Both the position numbers and the translations under genes were made by a program. Shown here one piece after another: positions 1 to 9,643 of a stretch of 64,000 bases of DNA. Position 1 is the first letter of the stretch. Every line of letters starts with the position of its first letter. Under the pieces are notes generated by a model. That model was not told the DNA's origin and did not search any database. It saw only the letters and a program-made list of their open reading frames with translations. Source of the DNA: an uncultured SAR86 cluster bacterium (lineage in GTDB: Bacteria; Pseudomonadota; Gammaproteobacteria; Magnimaribacterales; D2472); the NCBI GenBank assembly GCA_902511575.1, contig CABXFU010000002.1, positions 89,444 through 153,443 of the forward strand, in the 5' to 3' direction.

Positions 1-734
1 GTTTGCATTACACCACCAACATCGATGTTGTCTGTATATCTTGAATATCTTATCCATCCTGTGAAGCCATCACCACCAATAAATTCTTCCCATGTTGCTG
101 GGCCCTGAAACCAGATTCCTAATTTAAATAACGGATAACTAATGTAAGTCATCAAATTTCTAAAAAAGCCATAACCAGGAGCTATTAAGCTTGTATTTGA
201 TGAAATTATCCGCGAAAACCTATCTGGTTCTTCGGCAATAACTCTAAATCCTACTAATCCACCCCAATCATGAAGATGCGCTGTAACATTGTTTAGATCT
301 AGCATTCTTATTAATTGTGTCATTTTATCAACATGCATTTGATGCGAATAATCATCAATTGAAATATATTTATCAGATTTACCAAATCCAACCATATCAG
401 GCGCTATGACTCTATACCCTGCCTCAGTAAGAGTGGGAATCATTTTTCTAAATAAATAACTCCATGCAGGCTCGCCATGAAGTAAATAAATAATTTCACC
501 ATCTTCTGGTCCTTCATCTAAATAATGAATGCGTGTATCACCAATAGTTAAGTAATTTTCTTTAAATGGATAACCTACAATATTGTTGAAACGCTCAACT
601 GGAGTTCTGAGAACTCCAGGTGCAACTAAATTAAATCTATCATAATTAATATCAACATCTACATTTCTTATGTATAGAAATATTCCGGCTGCAATTATTC
701 CTAGAAGAAATATTATTGATATAAGCTTTTTCAT
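1..734 (-). CDS. alpha/beta-hydrolase, haloalkane dehalogenase-like (N-terminal part; C-terminus lies beyond the window edge)
   Basis: Absent from the ORF track because it is truncated. My minus-strand translation from the ATG at 734..732 gives MKKLISIIIFLLGIIAAGIFLYI...RIHYLDEGPEDGEIIYLLHGEPAWSYLFRKMIP...VIAPDMVGFGKSDK...AHLHDWGGLVGFRV. The HGEPxWSYL(F/Y)RKMIP motif and the nucleophile elbow HDWGG are typical of HLD-I haloalkane dehalogenases. There is an N-terminal hydrophobic anchor. Confidence 0.7.
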   Translation of the reverse strand, partial: MKKLISIIFLLGIIAAGIFLYIRNVDVDINYDRFNLVAPGVLRTPVERFNNIVGYPFKENYLTIGDTRIHYLDEGPEDGEIIYLLHGEPAWSYLFRKMIPTLTEAGYRVIAPDMVGFGKSDKYISIDDYSHQMHVDKMTQLIRMLDLNNVTAHLHDWGGLVGFRVIAEEPDRFSRIISSNTSLIAPGYGFFRNLMTYISYPLFKLGIWFQGPATWEEFIGGDGFTGWIRYSRYTDNIDVGGVMQ

Positions 735-814
735 AAAAATTGATCTTATTAAGTCTACGATATTTCATATGATATGTATTATCATCTTAATAAATAATAT
801 TTAAACTATTTACT

Positions 815-3670
815 ATGAATATCAAAAATTTACTTACTTTTACATTTATATTTTCTACTGTTTTAAATAGTGAGACCTTAATAAAACCTACTTCATACTC
901 TAAAGATTTATATACCGCCAAAATTCTATCAAGCACATATATTAATTCAATTGATCATCCTAATAAATTTTTAGATTTCAATTACGGAGATAGAGTAGCC
1001 AATCCTTCACAAATTTCTGATGCAATTTTGAATTGGTCCAAGCAGTCAAATAAAATTAAGGTTGTTGAGTACGCAAAATCGCATGAAAACCGACCTCTTT
1101 ATGCTGTCTTTATCTCATCATCAGAAAACATTAATAATCTTGAGCAAATTAAAGAAAATATTTCACAACTATCTGATGCAAGAAAAATAAATGATCGAAA
1201 AGCAAACACTATTATTGATTCATTACCTGCAATAGCATGGATGGCATATTCGATTCATGGTAATGAAACATCTGGAGCTGATGCTGCTTTAGGTATTATT
1301 TATCATTTAATTGCAAGCGATGATCCTGAGATCGAAGATCTGCTTAACAAGATGGTAATCATTATTGATCCTATGATGAATCCTGACGGCAGAGATAGAT
1401 TTGCAAAGTCATTAGAACAATACCGTGGTACAGCTCCAAACTATGATGATCAATCGCTCCTGCATACTGGTGATTGGCCCTATGGTAGAACCAATCATTA
1501 TTATTTTGATTTAAACAGAGATTGGTTTTACTTAACTCAACCTGAAACACAAGGTAGAGTGAGTTTAATAAATACATGGAGACCTCAAATTCTTGTTGAT
1601 GGACATGAGATGGGTGCTCAAGATACATTCATGACAGGACCACCAAGAGAACCTATTAATAAAAATATTGATAAAGATCTTATTAAATGGGGAAATATTT
1701 TTGCACAAGATCAAGCTCAAGCTTTCGATAAAAAAAATTGGCGATTTTATACCGGAGAATGGCATGAAGATCTTTATCCAGGATATTCTTTTTATGTTCA
1801 ATTCCGAGGCAGTCTTGGAATATTGTATGAGCAGTCAAGAATGTCAGAAGATGGCGTTAGAAGACATGAGGGAACTATTCAATCATACAAAGAATCAGTT
1901 CATCATCAGTTTGTAAGTAGCATGGAAAATTTAAAAACCCTCCAAAAAAACACTAAGTCTATGTATAGAGATTATTGGGATGGTCGAAAATACAATATTT
2001 CTAAAGATACTGAATATGCCAATCAAACTTTTGTTGTTCTGCCATCTAAAAATCATGGACGTTTAAACTCGTTAGTAGATAAATTAAAAGCGCAAGACAT
2101 AGAGGTATATAAAAATACTGAAACCTTGTTTGTTAAAGAAGCTTTAAATCAATTGGGTGATATTGAAGTAAATTATGAGCTACCTGAAGGTAGCCTAATT
2201 ATCCCAAATAGACAGCCTGAGGCACCACTTATAAAGGCAATTTTAGAATTTGATGCAGAAATTGATGAGTCAGTTCTGAGAGAAGAAAGACAAGAGAATC
2301 TTAGAGATGGCTCTTCAATTATGTATGACACAACTGCATTCAATTTTACAATGATGTATGGACTGCCTGCTGTAACCGTCTTTGAAAATATTGATAAAAA
2401 TCTTATTGAATGGAGGCCCTCCTCTTCCGATATTGAGATAAATGATAATGCTGTAATGTGGGCAACCAATGGTGATGATGATAAATCGGTTGCATTTGCA
2501 GCAAGATTGCTCGAAGAAGATATAAAAGTTCGAATTATAGACAAGGAATCAATGCTTTCAGGCCATGAATTATCTCGTGGAAGTGTAGTGGTTATTGCTA
2601 TGGATAATCCAGAAAATAAAAATTTAACTATTCAAATAAAGGAAATAGCATCTGATCTAGAAATATCTGTTCATTCTATAGAATCTGGATTTGGCCCAGA
2701 AGAACTTCCTGACTGGGGTGGCAGGCATTTTAGACTACTAAAAAAACCTCAAATAGCAATTTTCGGCCATAGTGAATATAACTCTTATGATGTTGGTGTA
2801 AGTTGGTGGTCTTTAGACCATCATCTTGGAATAAGGCACAGTCTTATTAATGGTTCATTCGCCGGATACGCAGATTTAAGACGATACAACACAATAATTC
2901 TTCCAAGTGGATATCCTGATATGAACAATAGTGAATTGGATAATTTATCTAAATGGGTAAGAAATGGTGGAACTTTGATAGCACATAATAGATCAACCAA
3001 TTTTTTATCCTCAAATGATGGTCTAGGTAATGCAAAACAAATACAAGATATCTTTGAAGATGTTAATGATTACAAATTTGATCTAATGAGAGAGATTATG
3101 GCTTTAGATGATCAGATTAATAAAGAAAAAATTAATAGTAACAGTGTTGATAATTTAATTAATTACCCATGGGAATCAATTAAAATTGAAATGTCTACAG
3201 AAGAGCTTGAAATGAGAGATAAATGGCAATCAATATTTATGCCATCTGGATCATTTGTTGCTGGAAGAACTGATAAAAAGCATTGGCTAACTTTCGGTAG
3301 CCCAAATATTTTACCGGTGTTGTATTCAAATTACCCTGTTTTAATGACTGGAGATAATGTTGAAGCAGCAGTCAGAATTGGTGCACTTGTTCCAAATTTA
3401 AATTCAAACAATGCTCAACAAATAAATTGGTCTCTTATTCCATCTGAAAAAAATATAAAAGTAAGAATGAGTGGTTTAGTGTGGCCAGAAGCAGCTCAAA
3501 GAATAGCTAATTCAGCATATGTAACAAGAGAAAAAATAGGAAAAGGCCAAATAATATTATTCTCCGGTGAGCCAAATTTCAGAGGTTCGACTAGAGGAAC
3601 AAATAGAATCTGGCTTAATGCAGTTGTTTATGGCTCGGGTCTTGGTACAAATGCCTTGGTAGACCCCTGA
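815..3670 (+). CDS. secreted M14-family zinc carboxypeptidase with a large C-terminal extension (951 aa)
   Basis: N-terminal signal-like peptide MNIKNLLTFTFIFSTVLNS. M14 zinc and substrate motifs are present: SIHGNETSG (HxxE), DPMMNPDGRDRF and DGHEMG. The roughly 550-aa C-terminal part is unassigned; IILPSG...WVRNGGTLIA resembles a GATase1-like fold. Confidence 0.8.
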   Translation: MNIKNLLTFTFIFSTVLNSETLIKPTSYSKDLYTAKILSSTYINSIDHPNKFLDFNYGDRVANPSQISDAILNWSKQSNKIKVVEYAKSHENRPLYAVFISSSENINNLEQIKENISQLSDARKINDRKANTIIDSLPAIAWMAYSIHGNETSGADAALGIIYHLIASDDPEIEDLLNKMVIIIDPMMNPDGRDRFAKSLEQYRGTAPNYDDQSLLHTGDWPYGRTNHYYFDLNRDWFYLTQPETQGRVSLINTWRPQILVDGHEMGAQDTFMTGPPREPINKNIDKDLIKWGNIFAQDQAQAFDKKNWRFYTGEWHEDLYPGYSFYVQFRGSLGILYEQSRMSEDGVRRHEGTIQSYKESVHHQFVSSMENLKTLQKNTKSMYRDYWDGRKYNISKDTEYANQTFVVLPSKNHGRLNSLVDKLKAQDIEVYKNTETLFVKEALNQLGDIEVNYELPEGSLIIPNRQPEAPLIKAILEFDAEIDESVLREERQENLRDGSSIMYDTTAFNFTMMYGLPAVTVFENIDKNLIEWRPSSSDIEINDNAVMWATNGDDDKSVAFAARLLEEDIKVRIIDKESMLSGHELSRGSVVVIAMDNPENKNLTIQIKEIASDLEISVHSIESGFGPEELPDWGGRHFRLLKKPQIAIFGHSEYNSYDVGVSWWSLDHHLGIRHSLINGSFAGYADLRRYNTIILPSGYPDMNNSELDNLSKWVRNGGTLIAHNRSTNFLSSNDGLGNAKQIQDIFEDVNDYKFDLMREIMALDDQINKEKINSNSVDNLINYPWESIKIEMSTEELEMRDKWQSIFMPSGSFVAGRTDKKHWLTFGSPNILPVLYSNYPVLMTGDNVEAAVRIGALVPNLNSNNAQQINWSLIPSEKNIKVRMSGLVWPEAAQRIANSAYVTREKIGKGQIILFSGEPNFRGSTRGTNRIWLNAVVYGSGLGTNALVDP

Positions 3671-3681
3671 AATGCTAACAA

Positions 3682-5430
3682 CTAAGGATTTCTTATGCTA
3701 TCAACCATTTGGTCAACACTCTTAGGTGGTTTTTTGAAGAAATAACAAATACTAAATGCAACAAAAAAGTTAACGATCATACCTATAAAGCCAAATCCCT
3801 CTGGAGATATACCTAGAAACCAATTATCAGCAGAATTTAAATGGACATTAATAAACTTGTAATTAATTATGTAAGCAGAGGTAATGACTAATCCAGAGAG
3901 CATTCCTGCTATTGCACCCTCTTTATTAAGTCTTTTATAAAATATTCCCATCAGCAATGCAGGAAATATTGTTGCTGCCGCTAGTCCAAATGCAAATGCT
4001 ACTACTTGTGCTACAAATCCAGGTGGGTATATACCAAAGAGTCCAGCTATAAATATTGCAACTGCTGCAGAGCAACGTGCGTAGAGGAGTTCTTGTTTTT
4101 CAGTTATTTGAGTCATGAAGGTTTTTTTCAAAAGATCATGTGATATTGAGGCTGATATAACTAGCAATAAGCCAGCTGCAGTTGATAATGCTGCAGCTAA
4201 AGCACCTGCTGCTACCAATGCAACAACCCAACCTGGTAATTGAGCTATCTCAGGATTAGCTAAAACCATGATGTCCCTATCAATATAAACCTCATTAGAA
4301 TTTGATAAATCTGAATTGTTGTTAACTAGCCTTTCACCAGATAGCCCTCTTCCATTGTTAAAATCTGGTTTTACTCCATCTAATGCATTACCAGATGAAT
4401 ATTGAATAAGTTCATCATTATTTTTATCTTTCCAAGCAATTAATCCAATATTTTCCCAATTTTTAAACCAGCTTGGAGCTTCTTTGTATTGAACCTCTTG
4501 GACAGAATCGATGAAGTTCATTCTTGCAAATGCAGAAACTGCAGGTGCAGTTGAATATAAAATAGCAATAAATATCAAAGCATATCCAGCTGATTTTCTA
4601 GCATCACTTACTCTTGGAACTGTGAAGAATCTAACAATTACATGTGGCAAACCAGCTGTTCCAAACATCAAAGCAGCAGTAATACAAAAGATATCAATAG
4701 TAGATTTGGTATTTTCCGTATAAGCATTAAATCCAAGCTCAGTCGTAACTTTATCTAATTTATCTAATAAATAGACATCGCTGTTAACCAGAGTGTCTCC
4801 AAAGCCTAATTGGGGAATCGGATTACCAGTCATAAGGATGGAGATGAATATTGCTGGAACTAAGTATGCAAATATCAAAACACAATACTGTGCTACTTGA
4901 GTATAGGTAATACCTTTCATGCCACCTAAGACTGCATAAAAGAATACTATGCACATACCAATAATTACTCCTAGGTTAATATCAACCTCAAGAAATCTTG
5001 AGAATACAATACCAACACCTCTCATTTGACCAGCTACATAAGTAAATGAAACAAATATTAGGCATATCACAGCAACCAACCTAGCTGCATTTGAGTAGTA
5101 TCTTGCTCCAATAAAATCAGGAACTGTATATTGACCAAATTTTCTTAAATATGGAGCTAACAATAGAGCTAAGAGAACATATCCACCCGTCCAGCCCATC
5201 AAGTAAACTGAACCATCTTTTCCAAGAAAAGCTATGAGACCAGCCATTGAAATGAATGAAGCAGCCGACATCCAGTCAGCAGCTGTTGCCATACCATTTG
5301 CAACAGGATGAACACCCTTTCCAGCTATATAAAATTCATTTGTTGAAGAAGCACGAGACCAAATGGCGATACCAATATATAAGGCAAAAGAAATGCCAAC
5401 AAAAATATAAGTAAGTACCTGAGTATCCAT
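3682..5430 (-). CDS. sodium:solute symporter (SSS) family, large subunit of a two-component symporter
   Basis: 582 aa, polytopic membrane protein with SSS-type sequence similar to cation/acetate-type ActP relatives. It lies immediately downstream (5 nt) of a DUF4212-like small membrane protein, the usual pairing for this subfamily. Confidence 0.8.
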   Translation of the reverse strand: MDTQVLTYIFVGISFALYIGIAIWSRASSTNEFYIAGKGVHPVANGMATAADWMSAASFISMAGLIAFLGKDGSVYLMGWTGGYVLLALLLAPYLRKFGQYTVPDFIGARYYSNAARLVAVICLIFVSFTYVAGQMRGVGIVFSRFLEVDINLGVIIGMCIVFFYAVLGGMKGITYTQVAQYCVLIFAYLVPAIFISILMTGNPIPQLGFGDTLVNSDVYLLDKLDKVTTELGFNAYTENTKSTIDIFCITAALMFGTAGLPHVIVRFFTVPRVSDARKSAGYALIFIAILYSTAPAVSAFARMNFIDSVQEVQYKEAPSWFKNWENIGLIAWKDKNNDELIQYSSGNALDGVKPDFNNGRGLSGERLVNNNSDLSNSNEVYIDRDIMVLANPEIAQLPGWVVALVAAGALAAALSTAAGLLLVISASISHDLLKKTFMTQITEKQELLYARCSAAVAIFIAGLFGIYPPGFVAQVVAFAFGLAAATIFPALLMGIFYKRLNKEGAIAGMLSGLVITSAYIINYKFINVHLNSADNWFLGISPEGFGFIGMIVNFFVAFSICYFFKKPPKSVDQMVDSIRNP

Positions 5431-5435
5431 AGACG

Positions 5436-5690
5436 CTAAAGTTTCTCCTCAGATTTATCTTTATATTTTTTATCTAATCTATTCATTAGATATATATAAA
5501 TAAAAATTAAGATTACGAAGAAATAAATACTGCCTTGTTGAGCAAACCAAAAACCAAGCTTAAATCCGCCAATTTGAAGTTGATCAAGAGAATCTGACCA
5601 AATAATTCCAAATCCAAATGACACAATGAACCAAATAGAGAGAAGGATTGAAAGAATTTTTAAGTTAGAGCGCCAATAATTTTGTTTCAT
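5436..5690 (-). CDS. small membrane subunit of the solute:sodium symporter (DUF4212-like)
   Basis: 84 aa with two predicted TM helices (ILSILLSIWFIVSFGFGIIW and IYFFVILIFIYIYL). The LGFWFAQQGSIY motif and its position directly upstream of the SSS gene support the call. Confidence 0.65.
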   Translation of the reverse strand: MKQNYWRSNLKILSILLSIWFIVSFGFGIIWSDSLDQLQIGGFKLGFWFAQQGSIYFFVILIFIYIYLMNRLDKKYKDKSEEKL

Positions 5691-5693
5691 TTT

Positions 5694-6416
5694 CTATATC
5701 TTATAGGTAAGTAACTCATGATATGAATCTTCAGCCATAGCTGCAAAGTTTAATACTGTATCTGAGAACTCTTTTTGTTGAATGTTTTTTTTAAAACCTG
5801 TTGAAGAATTCACCGATGGGTACCAGTGAGATGCCCAAATTCCATCATATGGTTTAAGGCCTGCGTCCCATTGGAGCATTTTAGGATCCCAAGATATATT
5901 TAGTTTAGAGCACAATCTTGGTAAATAAGTTTCAGGGCTATCTCGCAAGTCCGCTGCATCAATAACTACTGGAGGCATGCCTGATTCATTCTTGATGTAA
6001 TGAAATAAATTAATTTGATCTAAAAAGCCAAAATCTTCAAAATCAGCTTCAGGCCATTTATTTAAAAAACTTGATATAACGTCCTTTGGTTCTCTTATTA
6101 GAAAACAATTTACGCATTTTAGAATCCATTTTTTTTCAAAATTAGGGAGAATATGTTGCACCATGTGCTTTTGATAACATATACCCGTACCATCTTTTTT
6201 TAAACAATTTTCCGCGACTATCTTCCAGTTCGATTCTTGACTATTTAAAACTTCCTTATACATAGGGTGTTTTTTATTAGATTCTTTTAAATATGATGCA
6301 TAGAATGGCTCATCAATTACTTCAATAATATCTTCTCTATTAGCAAAGCTTCTCATAAGAGCTGTTGAAAGATTGCGTGGACCGGACCACATAGCTAGAT
6401 TGAGTCTTTCAGCCAT
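5694..6416 (-). CDS. sulfotransferase-fold / P-loop-like protein of unknown function
   Basis: 240 aa. The N-terminal MWSGPRNLSTALMRSF resembles the 5'-PSB loop of sulfotransferases. It overlaps the upstream class-IV aminotransferase gene by 8 bp. Confidence 0.45.
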   Translation of the reverse strand: MAERLNLAMWSGPRNLSTALMRSFANREDIIEVIDEPFYASYLKESNKKHPMYKEVLNSQESNWKIVAENCLKKDGTGICYQKHMVQHILPNFEKKWILKCVNCFLIREPKDVISSFLNKWPEADFEDFGFLDQINLFHYIKNESGMPPVVIDAADLRDSPETYLPRLCSKLNISWDPKMLQWDAGLKPYDGIWASHWYPSVNSSTGFKKNIQQKEFSDTVLNFAAMAEDSYHELLTYKI

Positions 6417-7302
6417 TTTTTATTAATTGAAGATATAAACTTTGAAGTTTTTCAGTAATCTTATGCTTACTTTTATCTTCAATCTTCCTACCATCAATTT
6501 CACTGACTGAGGTAATTGAGCCTAGAGTTCCTGTTACAAAAGATTCATCAGCTGAATATACATCAACAAGTGAGAAGTTTTTTTTAAAAATAGGAATCTT
6601 GTTATTCTTACAAATAGAAATTACTTTCTTTCTTGTAATTCCATTCATGCAGTAATCACCTGTACTCGTCCATACTTCACCTTTTTTAACTATAAAAAAA
6701 TTACATGAGTTTGTTGTATTTACAAATCCTAAAGGATCTAACATTAGCGCCTCATCAGCACCAGCTTTTTCGGCTTGAATGCATGCAAGGATACAATTAA
6801 GTTTTGAATGGCTGTTAAGTTTTGGGTCTTGCATCATCGGAGTTCCCCTAACTTGAGGCACAGTGGCTAAAGATATAGGGTTATTGTTTAATGAATCATC
6901 AGAGTGCTCCATGATAATTACTATTGTTGAGCCATTCATGGAATAGGATGGTTTTTGAAATGGCTTGCTTTTAACGCCTCTTGTCAACATCAGCCTAGCA
7001 TGAGCATTATCAGTCATATTGTTAGCAGATCTAGTATTTTCCAAGGCAATTTTAATATCTTCAATTGTTAGCCCTATTTCAAGATCGATTGCTTTGGCTC
7101 CTTCAAATAATCTCTCTAGATGTTCATCTATAAATAACCACCTATTATTAACAAGTCGAATACCCTCCCAAACACCATCTCCCATCATAAAGCCACTATC
7201 AAAGACAGAAATCTTTGCATCATTCTTATGGAGAAGTTCGCCGTTAACATAAATCAACACATCTTTATTTTTTTCAATATGTGAATGTAATTCCTTGCTC
7301 AT
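6409..7302 (-). CDS. class IV (branched-chain / D-amino-acid) aminotransferase family protein
   Basis: 297 aa with fold-type IV PLP enzyme hallmarks: VFDSGFMMGDGVWEGIR, ERLFEGAKAI, NFFIVKKGEVWT, GITRKKVI. Confidence 0.8.
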   Translation of the reverse strand: MSKELHSHIEKNKDVLIYVNGELLHKNDAKISVFDSGFMMGDGVWEGIRLVNNRWLFIDEHLERLFEGAKAIDLEIGLTIEDIKIALENTRSANNMTDNAHARLMLTRGVKSKPFQKPSYSMNGSTIVIIMEHSDDSLNNNPISLATVPQVRGTPMMQDPKLNSHSKLNCILACIQAEKAGADEALMLDPLGFVNTTNSCNFFIVKKGEVWTSTGDYCMNGITRKKVISICKNNKIPIFKKNFSLVDVYSADESFVTGTLGSITSVSEIDGRKIEDKSKHKITEKLQSLYLQLIKNG

Positions 7303-7305
7303 AGA

Positions 7306-7824
7306 TTACTCTCTGATTATATTCATTCCTTCGGTTCTTTTTTGTTGATTGGGATCGACTTCTAATTCTCTTTCATATACCTCAAATTCAAACCATTCAT
7401 TGAATTCTTTACTTCTATTTCGTTTCATATAATTCCAAACTCCCTTTCCAGCATCACTTTTCATCACACCAAGTCTTAAAGCATTTATTCTAGAGTTCAG
7501 ATGTGATTCATCTACAAAGCCTTCTTGGACCTTGTCATAAACATCAAAAAGATCTACAAGGCACATCATTACAAAATGGTTAATCCTCCACCTATCAGTA
7601 TGAGTTAAGTCATCAGCCGCCCAATCTTTTGCAAGAAATTCTGAAAACTCAGAATCTTTAGTTGTATTAAAAAAACGATCATATTGACGCTGTGTAAGAG
7701 AATGACCAAATTGAGCTTTAGTTATTTTATTTTGTTGATTGATTTGCATTCCAAGGTAGACAACAGAAATAACAACTCCCATTGCAGCTATAACTTGAAC
7801 AATAATAAGAATCAATTCAGTCAC
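7306..7824 (-). CDS. hypothetical membrane-anchored protein
   Basis: 172 aa with a single N-terminal TM helix (LILIIVQVIAAMGVVISVVYLG). No family recognised. It is tightly packed, 3 nt upstream of the aminotransferase gene. Confidence 0.45.
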   Translation of the reverse strand: MTELILIIVQVIAAMGVVISVVYLGMQINQQNKITKAQFGHSLTQRQYDRFFNTTKDSEFSEFLAKDWAADDLTHTDRWRINHFVMMCLVDLFDVYDKVQEGFVDESHLNSRINALRLGVMKSDAGKGVWNYMKRNRSKEFNEWFEFEVYERELEVDPNQQKRTEGMNIIRE

Positions 7825-7887
7825 ACATCACCTCATACAGGAAATATTAAAAACACTTCCAAAAAAAAATTATATTAAATATAAAAT

Positions 7888-9555
7888 TTAATAAATTATA
7901 GAAGATTCAAGTTTAACATCAGACATTTGCCAAATGTCATTGTGCTTTTCTAATGCCCTGTCTGATAATTCAGCATTTCCCAATGCCTTATGAGCTTTGT
8001 ATAGTCCAAAATATGACCATCCATTTCTTGGATAATCTTTTAAATCCTGATTGAATACAGAGACTGCTTCTTTAAAGTTTTTGTTCAACATCAAAGCATG
8101 ACCCAGTGATTGTCTTGTTGGGTAATACCAAAATTCAGGCTCTCTATAAGGAAGTGCATCTTGAACTCCTACTGCCATTTTAAAATGCATAATGGATGCA
8201 TCTAAATTAGAATTCGTCATTGCAATTTGACCCATTGCAAGATGATTTGCTATCTCAAGTAATTTATCAGATGGTTGACCGGCTTTGATAATTACTTTTA
8301 TTTCTGGAGATTCTTTTAGGGGTAATATTTTTTCTTGCTCAAATTTTGCTTTTTCAATATTACCCTTTGATGCAAAAGCAATAGATCTTGCATAATGATA
8401 TATACCCAAAGAAAACTTAAACTCATCTATGGGTTTTTCATATGACAAAATTTCATCCCACTTTGCAAACCTTACATATGAAAGCAACGGAATCGTATGA
8501 AAGAATTCTAAAAAAGGAATTTGTTTAATCTGTTCAACACGAACATATTTTGAGACTTTTAACGCGGAATCTATGGACAATTTACTTCGCCCTTCCATGG
8601 TTGAAGCCGCCCATAAAAAATGAACGTTATGAGGATAATACAATGCTGGATAAAAACCTTGAGCATTACATTGCGCAATATAATCTTCATCTACTTTTGC
8701 GGCCTCTATATTAGCAAGTGATGCATCATGATATCTTCCCACACGCCAATAAATATGTGCTGGCATATGAACAAGATGCCCAGCACCAGGAACGAGTTTT
8801 GCTAATCGATCAGCTGGCCCTTCAGCTCTTACAGGATCTGAAGATGCTTCAACTGCATGAATATACAAATGTATTGCGAGCGGATGATTTAGATTGTTCT
8901 CTAAAACTGACTCAAGACTATCAATGACCTTAACTGTATCAGGTTTTGGATCACCATCTTCAGCCCAATAATTCCAAGGCATAGTATTCATTAAGGCTTC
9001 TGCGAATAAAGAAGCTGCATCATCATCTTCAGGATATCTGTTAGATAGTGTTTCCATAGCATTTGCATAAGCTATATCTAATGGTTCTCTATTTGTATCA
9101 GGATTTCCATCATAGCGTGTAGCTAATGCAGATATATACGCCTGCTCTTTCTCAGAAACAGATTTAGACAAGGCAATAGCTGTGTTGATAGCTTTAAAAG
9201 CTGCAAGTCTATTTTGAGGCGCCATAATAACTTTACCATCACTATTAACATTAATATTAGGACCTAATGCTAGGGCCTCGCCCCAAAAGCACATTGCACA
9301 GCTAGGATCTAGTTTTTGAGCCGCTTTAAAACTTCTAATTGATTCAGCATGATTAAAGGCAAATGCCAGGACCAACCCTTGATCAAAATATCGTTGAACT
9401 CCATAAACATTTGAGGAGATCTTATGTGAATGGTTTCCTAGACCTTTCAGCAATGGAGCGCCAGCTTTGCTTGATAACGAAGTATCAGAATTATTAACGC
9501 ACCCTAATAACAAAAATACAGATAAACAAACTAAAGAAAATTTTATTTTTAACAT
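7888..9555 (-). CDS. TPR-repeat lipoprotein, function unknown
   Basis: 555 aa. Lipobox FLLLGC at residues 14-19. Helical TPR-like repeats run throughout. A Fur-type palindrome lies about 57 nt upstream of the start. Confidence 0.6.
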   Translation of the reverse strand: MLKIKFSLVCLSVFLLLGCVNNSDTSLSSKAGAPLLKGLGNHSHKISSNVYGVQRYFDQGLVLAFAFNHAESIRSFKAAQKLDPSCAMCFWGEALALGPNINVNSDGKVIMAPQNRLAAFKAINTAIALSKSVSEKEQAYISALATRYDGNPDTNREPLDIAYANAMETLSNRYPEDDDAASLFAEALMNTMPWNYWAEDGDPKPDTVKVIDSLESVLENNLNHPLAIHLYIHAVEASSDPVRAEGPADRLAKLVPGAGHLVHMPAHIYWRVGRYHDASLANIEAAKVDEDYIAQCNAQGFYPALYYPHNVHFLWAASTMEGRSKLSIDSALKVSKYVRVEQIKQIPFLEFFHTIPLLSYVRFAKWDEILSYEKPIDEFKFSLGIYHYARSIAFASKGNIEKAKFEQEKILPLKESPEIKVIIKAGQPSDKLLEIANHLAMGQIAMTNSNLDASIMHFKMAVGVQDALPYREPEFWYYPTRQSLGHALMLNKNFKEAVSVFNQDLKDYPRNGWSYFGLYKAHKALGNAELSDRALEKHNDIWQMSDVKLESSIIY

Positions 9556-9611
9556 TACAAATAACCTTTTTAAACTGAGATAAATATCATTGTTACATTT
9601 ATGTAACTAAA

Positions 9612-9626
9612 TGAGAATGATTCTCA
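9612..9626. promoter_or_regulatory. Fur-box-like perfect 7-1-7 inverted repeat TGAGAATgATTCTCA
   Basis: Read directly from the 88-bp gap between the lipoprotein start (9555) and the upstream gene's stop. It matches the TGATAATnATTATCA core at 13 of 15 positions and is perfectly symmetric. Confidence 0.4.
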
Positions 9627-9643
9627 ATGTTAGTGTATTTTTT

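Noticed and set aside
1371-2544. Several 78-123-aa ORFs (1371..1628, 1565..1801, 1668..1916, 2173..2544) inside or antisense to the M14 peptidase gene.
   Set aside because: They are fully embedded in a long gene with clear family motifs. Their translations are low-complexity and lack recognisable motifs. These are typical shadow ORFs.
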